Source: a virus (Duplodnaviria > Caudoviricetes). Taken from it: a stretch of DNA of 62,432 nt. Positions 37,346 to 46,303 of this stretch are shown piece after piece. The notes under the pieces are model-generated. The model was given only the letters and a program-made list of their open reading frames with translations, ran no database searches and had not been told where the DNA came from. The stretch lies in the IMG/VR virus record IMGVR_UViG_3300037882_001611, positions 1 to 62,432 of that record; one strand, given 5' to 3'. The position numbers and the translations under genes were made by a program. The stretch's first letter is position 1. Every line of letters begins with the position of its first letter.

Positions 37346-39163
37346 TCAGATATAATCAGGCTTATTCACCTTGATACGTTCGATTTCTCGAGCATTGAAG
37401 CCAAGGATGGTCCACGACTTTTTGCAGTCCTTCTGGTGCCGCCAGAGCGTGCCCCAGCGAGATTTGTCACCAGCCACGGCCTGTTCAAACAGGGTCCGGG
37501 CAACTTCAGCACGAGTGCCAGTTAGAGTAGCGGTTGGTGTAGCCACAGGCTTTGTTTCCTTCTTCTTCTTCGGCGTTGGTTCTTTGGCTTCAGAGATGGC
37601 TTCAACCACCGGAGTTATAGCCGAGACTGCTTTTTCCTGCTTTATGATTTCAGCTTCACTCATTTTACCGACAGCAGGCTGTCCATTGGTAATAGGACTT
37701 TCAACCAATTCACCCTTTGAACCAGCGAAGAGAGCAATCTCTTCATGCGAAAAGCCAAGAGCTTCCCAACTCTTTTTGGCTTTCTTTTTGAAAGCGTTGA
37801 GTTCAGTGATCTTTCCGTTAGTATAAAGTTCACGGGCTTCCTGAACCTTAGTCTTGGGAGTTTCAGCCTTTTTGGCTTCGACTTCCTTGGCGACTGTCTT
37901 TGGATCGACCTTTGGTGCATCAAGCACTGGTTCAGGCTTCTTCACTGGTGCAGGAATAGGAGCTGTCTTGGGTGTACCCTTCTTGACCTGTGGAACATAA
38001 TTCTTCGAAGTCTCGACAGGAATTCGTTTGAATGAACCACCACTGGGTGATGTGATTTCGATGATTTCAATCACGTCAATGTGATTACCAGCAACTGCCA
38101 TAGTCAGAAGTTTCAGAGCGTTGGTGCCCGTCATTTCCTGATTGGAACGAAGTTTGTTGTGTTCATTCTTCGGGATCTTGGCGAGGATATGGTAGCCTTT
38201 CACTCGCATCTTGTCTGGTTCACCATTAGGAACGATGATCACATCTTCAGGCTCGATTTTCACCATAACGATGATGTTACCACCAAAGTTACGAAGATAA
38301 GCACGCCGAGCAATGTGTAGACCAGTGCCGCATTGAGCTTTGTCTTGATTGATCAAATCGATGGACTGAGTAACAAACGAACCAACACGTTGTTCGACTT
38401 TGCTGGTATGGCAATCGACGAAAACATTGGCAGTTTCATCATTACCAAATGTCTTCAATACCTTATAGGCAATGATGCAACCATCGTCTGTCAATGGCAG
38501 ATCACCACGTTCCATAAATCTCAGAACGTCCTGCACACTGTGCCCACGTTGACCAATGGCGGCTCCCAGACGCTTCAGGAAGGCTTCCATGCCCTTGGTG
38601 TTATCAAACTTGACTGCATGGGTAATATGATCCTTCAGTGCCTCGACACCGGGCACAGCAACAGCTTTGCCATTACCGTTGTCAGTGACAGCAACAATAG
38701 TGTGGTTTTCAGTCGTGTCATGGTCATCAAAATGGTCTGAAGATACAGGTTCAGCATGAGCCATGATGTCAGCAATAGCTGCATCCATTATTGGCAGTTC
38801 TCCGAGCTGAGTCGGAGCTACATGAGCAACGGGTGTTTCATCAACCTGACCATCTCCGAAGAGATGGTTGATCTTAGTTTTGATAACACGGAAGAATTTG
38901 GTGAAGCCACCAGTTTTCTTTTCGTAATCACCGAAAGCATTTTCACGTATCTTTTCAGGCACGTCGAATTGAACTTCAACGTAAGCCTGTCCGCTTTCAT
39001 TGACAGGGAGACGATAAGCTTTGGGGTTTGACAGTGGTTTACACTGTTCGAGAAGTTGGGCAAGTCGAGGATCCCCTTGTGGAATATCCACAGTGGCACC
39101 ATTTTCCTTGTACAATTGAAGCTGCTTCGTATCCACGACAGCAGCAATAATACGAATAGTCAT
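37346..39163 (-). CDS. rIIB-like protein
   Basis: DLPLTDDGCIIAYK, CGTGLHIA, KMRVKGY; follows rIIA. Confidence 0.88.
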   Translation of the reverse strand: MTIRIIAAVVDTKQLQLYKENGATVDIPQGDPRLAQLLEQCKPLSNPKAYRLPVNESGQAYVEVQFDVPEKIRENAFGDYEKKTGGFTKFFRVIKTKINHLFGDGQVDETPVAHVAPTQLGELPIMDAAIADIMAHAEPVSSDHFDDHDTTENHTIVAVTDNGNGKAVAVPGVEALKDHITHAVKFDNTKGMEAFLKRLGAAIGQRGHSVQDVLRFMERGDLPLTDDGCIIAYKVLKTFGNDETANVFVDCHTSKVEQRVGSFVTQSIDLINQDKAQCGTGLHIARRAYLRNFGGNIIVMVKIEPEDVIIVPNGEPDKMRVKGYHILAKIPKNEHNKLRSNQEMTGTNALKLLTMAVAGNHIDVIEIIEITSPSGGSFKRIPVETSKNYVPQVKKGTPKTAPIPAPVKKPEPVLDAPKVDPKTVAKEVEAKKAETPKTKVQEARELYTNGKITELNAFKKKAKKSWEALGFSHEEIALFAGSKGELVESPITNGQPAVGKMSEAEIIKQEKAVSAITPVVEAISEAKEPTPKKKKETKPVATPTATLTGTRAEVARTLFEQAVAGDKSRWGTLWRHQKDCKKSWTILGFNAREIERIKVNKPDYI

Positions 39164-39166
39164 ATC

Positions 39167-41665
39167 TTATCCTTCTATTACTTCGAGCAGCATGTCTCTT
39201 AGCATTAGACGTTGCTTCGAGGATACTGGGTTTATATTATTGATCGCTGGTTTGATCATGTATTCTGCGACTTGTTCTGGATTAAAAGCATTCAGCAACT
39301 TCGATTTACGAATGAGATCAAACAAATCAATAACTCGTTGATTAACTTCAATGGTTTCCAGTAGATCAATAATCTTTTTGAAAAACCCTTTGGTACCATA
39401 ACGATATTCGGATTTGAATTCGTTCCACATAGCCCAAAAAAGTTGATCATCTTCATTCATGGTTTGAACCAAACCAAAATAATCAACGAGGTCTGGATCA
39501 GCATATACGGCATTCATGAAACATATTTCACGTTGAAAGGTACGAACAGATCCCCATCGCCTTTCATCGATGAGTTTACTACGTTCGAACATAAATGGAA
39601 GAGATTCGATGATACGGGGGTTGTTCGAAAATTCTTCAAAGATTTTTTCAAGGATGAAATCCTCATAGAGAGTTGCACCCATAGCAATATATTTTGCCTC
39701 TTGATTAGAATTAACAACGAAGCCACCGAGTTTGCCCCATTTGTTAATAATGAATTTACTCACTTTAACACTATGATGAGGTAAGTGATGAGCATCACTT
39801 TTATAATTGGCTTTGAGAATGAACTCTGGTGTATCAATCAATAGTTCTTCTTCTTGGTTTGGCCGCATCATGTTGATGTTTTGGGTAGCAGGGACTAAGC
39901 AGCTTTCTAAAGTTGGAATACCTTTTCGCTTAGGTCGGCTGGTATATTCCTTTAGAATAGGAGCAGCCGCATCTTTGGCTTCCCATGGTTGAGCTATGGT
40001 TAGATCAAGAATGATATAGCCCTGTTTTTTGAAGAATTCTCGTGCAGCTTCTACCTTTTTAGGTGATCGCGGAACTGTATAGAGGAAAACATCTTCCACC
40101 TTACCTAACCAGTGACCCATGATAGGAAAGTCAGTTGCTCGATCCACAAAATCAATGCGATTATGCGCAAGTACGACGATCTTTCGAAGCCATGAGAAAT
40201 ATTTGAACAATGATCGAGAAACCATGTTTTTTGGGATAATAAGTTTAACTCCTATATCCCAAGAATGTTTTTGTTCCGAACAAAAGAGAAATAATTTGTC
40301 ATGATTAAGACTAGGATCGAGTGTAAGTGCTGATACCAATGGATCCAAGATATGCTCTTTGAACCAATCTTCAGTTGGTTGAGTTTCTTTACTCTTCTTA
40401 GGTTCAAATTCAGCTTGGAGACGTTTTTGGAATTGTTTTAATAGTTCACGATCCCCAAAACCAGCGTCAATCAAAGCTTGAACTCGTGCCATTTGATCCT
40501 TTTGCTTGAAAGCAGGATATTCAGGATATGAATAAGAAGCATATCGAACAATAAATTGATCAAAATCAGTTATAACATCTTCAATATTTTTTTGACGACG
40601 AAGATTTGGAATACGGTTTTTTGTTTCAAAAAGCACTTTTGGTGCAGCATTGAGCCATGTTTGATCAATGGATGTTTGGAGTAAATCAAAGCATCCTTTT
40701 TCAAGACGAGCTTCTGCAATAGACAGGAAGTCCTTTAAGAGTTTGGTAATCGTATTGATCGTTCCTTCTTGCATTGACAAAGCTTCACGGCTGGGTGTGA
40801 TGCTAATGCTATTTGGTGGTGCCTGAAATACGATCTTGTAATTAAAATTACAATAACGATTTCCATCATGAGTTGGGATCTTTTCAAGGATCTGAATGAT
40901 TTGTTGATATTGATCAGCAAAAGCAGCATCATTTTCAATTGGATAAATCACATGACCATAACGTAATAGAATAGGTTGCTTTGTTTCGATCAGTTGTTTT
41001 TCGGTTATGAGGAAGTTATGAACTACTCGATCAAAAGGAAGTTTTTCAAGAACAGCACCATTGAAAGTGCAATTCATCTCTCCGTTCTGGGCGATACGAC
41101 GAATGAGTTTTTCAAAACGTGCACGATCATTTTGATGATTAAGCTTGATTCGGACTTGAAGACCAGTTTCAGTTGTTGGTACACTGACAATGGGAATGAT
41201 ACCGGGCTTGCCTTTTACTTCAGCTGAGGACTTAGACATGTTATAAACTGTCATTGTTCCTTGGTTCCAGCTCGTCACTTCAAAGTGATCGGTGAATGCA
41301 AAAGGTGCTTTGCAGCCGAGACCAAAGCCACCAGTGACATTGCCATTCATCTTCTTTGTTGAGCCGCCATAGGTACCATAAACAGGTCCAATCATATCCA
41401 AAGGAATGCCATGACCAAAGTCACGAATGATCAATTCATCATTATCCAGAGTGATCCAAAAAGGTTTGTCGGTAATACCTGCTTCAATATGAGCATCCCA
41501 TGCATTACATAGGGTTTCGCGGATCACAGCAAGCTGTTGATCGGTATAAAGTGCTTTAGATAGCACGTTCATGAGTTCAGCATCATCGCTGATGGTAAAA
41601 TTGATGGCTTTATGCCCGCCAATAACGGCATGTGTTACATGATCGCTAATTTGATTAACTTGCAT
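39167..41665 (-). CDS. rIIA-like protein (GHKL ATPase N-terminus)
   Basis: LYTDQQLAVIRETLCNAWDAH, RDFGHGI, GGFGLGCKAPFAF; start MQVNQ at 41665 follows AAGGA. Confidence 0.9.
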   Translation of the reverse strand: MQVNQISDHVTHAVIGGHKAINFTISDDAELMNVLSKALYTDQQLAVIRETLCNAWDAHIEAGITDKPFWITLDNDELIIRDFGHGIPLDMIGPVYGTYGGSTKKMNGNVTGGFGLGCKAPFAFTDHFEVTSWNQGTMTVYNMSKSSAEVKGKPGIIPIVSVPTTETGLQVRIKLNHQNDRARFEKLIRRIAQNGEMNCTFNGAVLEKLPFDRVVHNFLITEKQLIETKQPILLRYGHVIYPIENDAAFADQYQQIIQILEKIPTHDGNRYCNFNYKIVFQAPPNSISITPSREALSMQEGTINTITKLLKDFLSIAEARLEKGCFDLLQTSIDQTWLNAAPKVLFETKNRIPNLRRQKNIEDVITDFDQFIVRYASYSYPEYPAFKQKDQMARVQALIDAGFGDRELLKQFQKRLQAEFEPKKSKETQPTEDWFKEHILDPLVSALTLDPSLNHDKLFLFCSEQKHSWDIGVKLIIPKNMVSRSLFKYFSWLRKIVVLAHNRIDFVDRATDFPIMGHWLGKVEDVFLYTVPRSPKKVEAAREFFKKQGYIILDLTIAQPWEAKDAAAPILKEYTSRPKRKGIPTLESCLVPATQNINMMRPNQEEELLIDTPEFILKANYKSDAHHLPHHSVKVSKFIINKWGKLGGFVVNSNQEAKYIAMGATLYEDFILEKIFEEFSNNPRIIESLPFMFERSKLIDERRWGSVRTFQREICFMNAVYADPDLVDYFGLVQTMNEDDQLFWAMWNEFKSEYRYGTKGFFKKIIDLLETIEVNQRVIDLFDLIRKSKLLNAFNPEQVAEYMIKPAINNINPVSSKQRLMLRDMLLEVIEG

Positions 41666-41703
41666 TGGTTCGTCCTTTAGGATTGGTTCCAGTTGAAAGA
41701 TAA

Positions 41704-41731
41704 AGGGGTCGCCTATATTTAGACGACCCCT
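41704..41731 (-). terminator. Terminator upstream of rIIA
   Basis: AGGGGTCG(C/T)CTA stem followed by TTTATCTTT on the - strand. Confidence 0.65.
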
Positions 41732-41882
41732 GCTGGGTTTAGTTCTCAGCGGAACGGATGACGTTTCTGATGGTGTCCCAATTCCAATGCAGAGGAATTC
41801 CGACAAAACGTCCATACTGCATCGAGCCGTTTTGAAGTCACCTGATCTCGCTCAGAATGCAATATGAGTCATAGTTTATTCC

Positions 41883-41978
41883 TTAATCATCGTTGATGGT
41901 TATATCAATTTCACCGACCAATACTCCGATTAAAAAGGATAAGACCAACCAAGTAAAAATTTCAGATATACACTGCAT
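41883..41978 (-). CDS. 31-aa hydrophobic peptide
   Basis: MQCISEIFTWLVLSFLIGVLVGEIDITINDD; starts just after the upstream stop. Confidence 0.4.
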   Translation of the reverse strand: MQCISEIFTWLVLSFLIGVLVGEIDITINDD

Positions 41979-41980
41979 AA

Positions 41981-42277
41981 CTAATTTTCTTCCATTTCTC
42001 TTGCTACTCGTTGTACTTGAAGCCCAAGTGGTGTAAGTCGATAAGCGTTTATCCATCCAATTTTCTTGGCGTATTTACTGCCTTGTTGCTTTTCACAGAG
42101 CATTGGTTGACCTTGAGAGTTTTTGTATTGCCAATGCAGAAATTCAGCTCCACTAGAAGTGAAGCGTCCTTCAGATGCTGTCTGCCATTCACCCGTAATT
42201 TTACGAATAGCTTTAAGAGCACCGCAAGTTAGGATTTTAGTCAGATCAGTGACTGTCATTGACTCATAATAACTCAT
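41981..42277 (-). CDS. Hypothetical protein
   Basis: ORF in a tightly packed - strand operon (ATGA overlap). Confidence 0.55.
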   Translation of the reverse strand: MSYYESMTVTDLTKILTCGALKAIRKITGEWQTASEGRFTSSGAEFLHWQYKNSQGQPMLCEKQQGSKYAKKIGWINAYRLTPLGLQVQRVAREMEEN

Positions 42278-42576
42278 CGGCGTCGTGGCTTTCTGTGTTG
42301 CTTGGTTGGATCAAAATTCAAATAGGATGCGTCTTTGCCGTTTTGTTTGACTGGTTTTTCAAAAAGGATTTTCTCAATCGGTTCGAATTCTGCGAGTTCA
42401 TCGATGATAGCAAAATCAACAGTTTTTCCTAAATAGAATTCTTCAGCATCAATATATTTGATATGAATGCTTCCATCACTATTACGGCTGATTAAAGCGC
42501 CTATAATTCGATTTTCGATTGGACTAAAATCAGTGTCTATCCACGGAAGTTTTTGCTTTTTTGGAAATGGATCCAT
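42274..42576 (-). CDS. Hypothetical protein
   Basis: AAGGAG SD; stop overlaps the next start. Confidence 0.55.
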   Translation of the reverse strand: MDPFPKKQKLPWIDTDFSPIENRIIGALISRNSDGSIHIKYIDAEEFYLGKTVDFAIIDELAEFEPIEKILFEKPVKQNGKDASYLNFDPTKQHRKPRRR

Positions 42577-42606
42577 GATTGATATGCTCCTTGATAGGAA
42601 GTTGGG

Positions 42607-42744
42607 TTATCCAGCTATCAAGTGGAAAAGTTTCACTCCTATTCCAAGTGCTATAGAGAGCACGAGAATGAAAGCGATGATGATGCCAAGGCACCCAAAA
42701 CACGAGATTTTGATCTGTGTCTGTGAATCGAGTTGCTGTTTCAT
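42607..42744 (-). CDS. 45-aa single-TM membrane protein
   Basis: ATGA overlap with thyX stop; CFGCLGIIIAFILVLSIALGIGV hydrophobic core. Confidence 0.5.
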   Translation of the reverse strand: MKQQLDSQTQIKISCFGCLGIIIAFILVLSIALGIGVKLFHLIAG

Positions 42745-43769
42745 CCTGCGATAAACTCATTGGGTAGCATCTTACGGTGCTGTTTCCAGCCCTTCAGATT
42801 GCCATGAAGTTGAGGATTTTCCCATTCAAAATGAGATTCTGTAAGAGTTTTATTAACATCCCATTCTGGTCGGCTTGTGGTATCAGGCATAGCTTGATGC
42901 TCGGCAGGACTAGCATGAAGTGGTGTTGCGACTACCAACTTATTTGCGAGTTCTATGTCTTCTTCGACAGTAGTTTCTCGGCCATCATGAGTTTTGTAGG
43001 AGACACGGGCGCATCGAGCGACAGAAACCATGAGAGCAAGTTCAGACAGCTCTTCATATTGAGGTTCGTCACGAGTAACCCGATTCTTCTTGGCAAAAGC
43101 TCGAATAGCTTCCCAGTCGGAACCAAGGACATAAGGCAGATGCCATTGCCCATTTTCGATCAAACTGGGTGTAGAGCAGTGCATAGCTGACTGCATTTGA
43201 TCCGAGAGAAGCTTGATCTCAGGTTGAGCGTCAGGATGGCTTCGTAGGGCAAAGAAATTGCCCCATTGAACAGCAGTGACCACGACATTGATATGTGCCC
43301 ATGGTTCGAGCAATCGATTGACGATTTGTTTATGATATTCGCTTGCATCAAATGCTTCAGCATATTCAATGGAAACTTCCATCAGATCAAGCCATGCTTG
43401 TTCGCGAGTTCGATCCCAAATACCTCCAGAGGTTGTGGGAACAGATACGAGAGCGTTCCAGTCTTCGCCTGCTTGCATACCGGGTTTGTTACGACCCCAG
43501 TAAATTGGCATAGCCGGATCACGACGAAGATCTTCGATCAGACGCTTGACTGGAATAGCACGACTGGAGCTGGCATTTCGACTCAGATTCTGATCGTACA
43601 TGAGACCATCTGGAATGGCTTCATAGAACAACAATTCAGGCTGAGTATCGAGAATACGATGAGTCAGTTCCTCAGCATGAATGAAGCGAGGATAGCGAAG
43701 TTGGAATGTGGTTAGTCGAACACCCAATGGGCTGATACTATCCAGAATGATTTTAGCACTGATTGTCAT
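42741..43769 (-). CDS. thyX: Flavin-dependent thymidylate synthase (phage ThyX/Thy1-like)
   Basis: YPRFIHAEELTHR, SRNASSSRAIP, HKQIVNRLLEPW, SVARCARVSY, HASPAEHQA. Confidence 0.88.
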   Translation of the reverse strand: MTISAKIILDSISPLGVRLTTFQLRYPRFIHAEELTHRILDTQPELLFYEAIPDGLMYDQNLSRNASSSRAIPVKRLIEDLRRDPAMPIYWGRNKPGMQAGEDWNALVSVPTTSGGIWDRTREQAWLDLMEVSIEYAEAFDASEYHKQIVNRLLEPWAHINVVVTAVQWGNFFALRSHPDAQPEIKLLSDQMQSAMHCSTPSLIENGQWHLPYVLGSDWEAIRAFAKKNRVTRDEPQYEELSELALMVSVARCARVSYKTHDGRETTVEEDIELANKLVVATPLHASPAEHQAMPDTTSRPEWDVNKTLTESHFEWENPQLHGNLKGWKQHRKMLPNEFIAG

Positions 43770-43866
43770 TTAAGTTTTCCTTTTCTTTTTCGATAAGATT
43801 CGGTTGTTTTCGAAGTTCATCTCGATTTGCTCGCCATTCCTTGTAGTCTTGCCATCCAACTACGGT

Positions 43867-44058
43867 CTACATTGTTTTAATTTCAGACCAAGATAATGTC
43901 ATATGATTACCAAAGTCTGATTCAACGTAGAATACTTCGGATTGAGTATCGATTTCACCTTCAGCAAAGCCATGATAAAACTTGGTACTACCACCATAAA
44001 TGATGGCGTTTCCAATTTGATATTGACTAGGATTACGAGGTCTAAGTCGAATGCCCAT
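43867..44058 (-). CDS. Hypothetical protein
   Basis: AAGGAG SD, short ORF. Confidence 0.45.
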   Translation of the reverse strand: MGIRLRPRNPSQYQIGNAIIYGGSTKFYHGFAEGEIDTQSEVFYVESDFGNHMTLSWSEIKTM

Positions 44059-44137
44059 GATTTTCTCCTTGGTTCAAAAATAAAAAACCCAGAAAACACA
44101 AGATTTTCTGGGCATTTTTTATATCGATCAAAATCGA

Positions 44138-44506
44138 TTAGTGAACAACAGGCTTGTTCAGCTCACCACGGATTTCATCGATCTTTTCGATGCCTGCTGA
44201 AGCTTGATGCATGATTGTCGTCTGCACATCTTCAGGAAGCGTTTCAAACGGCTTGCCGGGATAAATGCCAGCCGCCATAGCTTCAGCATAACCCTGAATG
44301 CGAACTTGATGAATGATTTCGTCGAAACCTTCATGACACTGGACGTGAGCACGGCGCTCTATTTCAAGTAGTTCACGAGCTTCATCACGTTGATCCATTA
44401 GCATAGCGATTTGATCAAGACTGAAAGCAACAGCAGCATCATGTCGATCATCATCGTTATCTTCAGGAATACCGACTTCAGTAAAAACTATTTCTTCAAT
44501 TTTCAT
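44138..44506 (-). CDS. Hypothetical acidic protein
   Basis: ORF flanked by two terminator-like hairpins. Confidence 0.55.
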   Translation of the reverse strand: MKIEEIVFTEVGIPEDNDDDRHDAAVAFSLDQIAMLMDQRDEARELLEIERRAHVQCHEGFDEIIHQVRIQGYAEAMAAGIYPGKPFETLPEDVQTTIMHQASAGIEKIDEIRGELNKPVVH

Positions 44507-44540
44507 TGTTTTGTTGTCTTTCTATCATTGGAAAGTTAAA

Positions 44541-44575
44541 AAGTGAGAGACGGCAATGTGATCCGTCTCTCACTT
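44541..44575 (-). terminator. Terminator after HU
   Basis: AAGTGAGAGACGG / CCGTCTCTCACTT 13-bp stem plus T-tract on the - strand. Confidence 0.75.
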
Positions 44576-44599
44576 ATCCTTGGGTGCGACCCAGAAGGA

Positions 44600-44875
44600 T
44601 TAGTTATTCAAACTGTCTCGCAATGCTTTAGCAGGCGAGAAGACTGCTTTCGTTGAAGCAGCGATCTGGATTGTTTCACCAGAAGCTGGATTGCGACCCT
44701 GACGGGCAGGTAGATGCTTGACCTTGAATTTACCGAAGCCAGCAAGGTTCACTTCATCGCTACGTTTCAGAGCTTCACTGATGTTTTGAACAACAGTGTC
44801 CACAAAGGTTTTGGCATCTTTTTGGCTCATACCGTGAGCGGCTGCGATGGTGGCAGCGAGATCTGCATTATTCAT
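44600..44875 (-). CDS. hup: HU-family histone-like DNA-binding protein
   Basis: MNNADL, VNLAGFGKF, ARQGRNPASGETIQI, FSPAKALRD signature. Confidence 0.93.
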   Translation of the reverse strand: MNNADLAATIAAAHGMSQKDAKTFVDTVVQNISEALKRSDEVNLAGFGKFKVKHLPARQGRNPASGETIQIAASTKAVFSPAKALRDSLNN

Positions 44876-44998
44876 TGATAGTCCTTTCTTTGGTTCCACA
44901 TGTGTATTGAACCGAGAAAGAAACTATCAGATTTATTGGAGGTCGAAAAGCCTTATTTTTGGGGCTAATTTCGATTTCGACAGAACGGTCCGCAATCT

Positions 44999-45610
44999 TC
45001 ATTTGTCTTTGGGACCATCTCCTTTTTGATAATAGATGTTCTGTTCTTCAATAGCTTGGTCTAAATTAGAGGGATGAACACCATTAGCATCGATAATACA
45101 TACTGGGCCTTGGTGTTCGAAAACAGCAGGTACAGGCTTATCTTCTTGGTTTTGATACTTGCCATTATATTCAATAGGGCAGGTTACATGGTGAAATATC
45201 ACCTGAGCAATGCCAGCACCGGCTGGAAGATATAGGCGTTTTCGACCATGATAAACGAGTTCGAGAGTGAGATATCCATGCCAACCGGGTTCAATGACCG
45301 TATTGAAAACAGATAGACCATGACGTGCCCATGTAGATTTGTCATGAACGATGCCGGTGAGAGTATGCGGCATTTGGAAATGCTCAATAGCAGATCCAAG
45401 GACGAAACGTCCTATGCCGCTATCACCATTACAAGCCCATGACATCTCGGGTTGACCTTCGAAACCGGGTTCAAAAATGATCTCCTGTTTGAGTCGAATG
45501 TCATAGCCAGCTTCTCCGAGACCATAGCTAACGCCGTGTTCTCGATGTTTCTCAGTGGCCATACAGCTAATTGGAGCCATCTCCAAAAGGGTTTTACCGT
45601 TGATGATCAT
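44999..45610 (-). CDS. dcd: dCTP deaminase / dUTPase family protein
   Basis: AGYDIRL, HDKSTWARHGL, VIEPGWHGYLTLE, YNGKYQNQ. Confidence 0.88.
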   Translation of the reverse strand: MIINGKTLLEMAPISCMATEKHREHGVSYGLGEAGYDIRLKQEIIFEPGFEGQPEMSWACNGDSGIGRFVLGSAIEHFQMPHTLTGIVHDKSTWARHGLSVFNTVIEPGWHGYLTLELVYHGRKRLYLPAGAGIAQVIFHHVTCPIEYNGKYQNQEDKPVPAVFEHQGPVCIIDANGVHPSNLDQAIEEQNIYYQKGDGPKDK

Positions 45611-45807
45611 CAGTATAATATCATTTTTGTACCATTAGCAAAAGTGCCAGTGGTACGAGTGCCTTCATTACCAAATGCTCGAACAGCATTACGGTTAATT
45701 TGGCAATATTCATTATAGTTGATGCCACGAGGGGCGGAAATGCTGTGTGTGATCGGACAGCCACGAAGGACAGCATGGACTTCTACTTTGATAAATTTAT
45801 GCTCCAT
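45610..45807 (-). CDS. Hypothetical protein
   Basis: Short ORF (MEHKFIK...) coupled to neighbouring genes; start uncertain. Confidence 0.4.
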   Translation of the reverse strand: MEHKFIKVEVHAVLRGCPITHSISAPRGINYNEYCQINRNAVRAFGNEGTRTTGTFANGTKMILY

Positions 45808-46300
45808 TTTCAAGTACCTCAATAAGTGCGAGTATTGGTGGGCGTTTGTCAAGCTTACCAGAATAGATGTCATCCTTGAGCTTTTTATCGTCAGTATAAC
45901 GAGCAAAAATTTCACGAGCTTTGTAGACCAAAGGATCTACATTTAGCTCAGGATGAGCGATTAGTGCTCGACGTTTCCATTCACGAAGTTTTTCAAATTC
46001 GATCTGAAGTTGAGTTTGTGTTTGAACATTATCAGCGATGGTTTTGATTGGTTTGGTTACAGGAGTAACATTGGGTTTACGTCCTCTTTTAAGTGGAGGA
46101 TTACCAGTAGCAGTATATGCCCAAACATTTCGACCATCTTTTTCGATTTTTTTACGAGTTATACTGCCACTACGTACCAGATCTATAAGTCGAGAAGAAA
46201 GGTTAATACTTAAAGAATTATCAAGCAATGCGATTATTTCTTTGGACGTTATATCTTCAAATTGAGATATAATATTTAAAATTTGTTGTGCTTGGGTCAT
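45797..46300 (-). CDS. Putative winged-HTH protein with an AT-hook-like motif
   Basis: ITSKEIIALL...LSSRLIDLVRSGSI wHTH-like N-terminus; KRGRKP. Confidence 0.55.
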   Translation of the reverse strand: MTQAQQILNIISQFEDITSKEIIALLDNSLSINLSSRLIDLVRSGSITRKKIEKDGRNVWAYTATGNPPLKRGRKPNVTPVTKPIKTIADNVQTQTQLQIEFEKLREWKRRALIAHPELNVDPLVYKAREIFARYTDDKKLKDDIYSGKLDKRPPILALIEVLENGA

Positions 46301-46303
46301 TTA

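Noticed and set aside
41666-41815. 50-aa N-terminal extension of rIIA from the ORF track
   Set aside because: Spans a terminator hairpin; a better SD and a family-typical start lie at 41665
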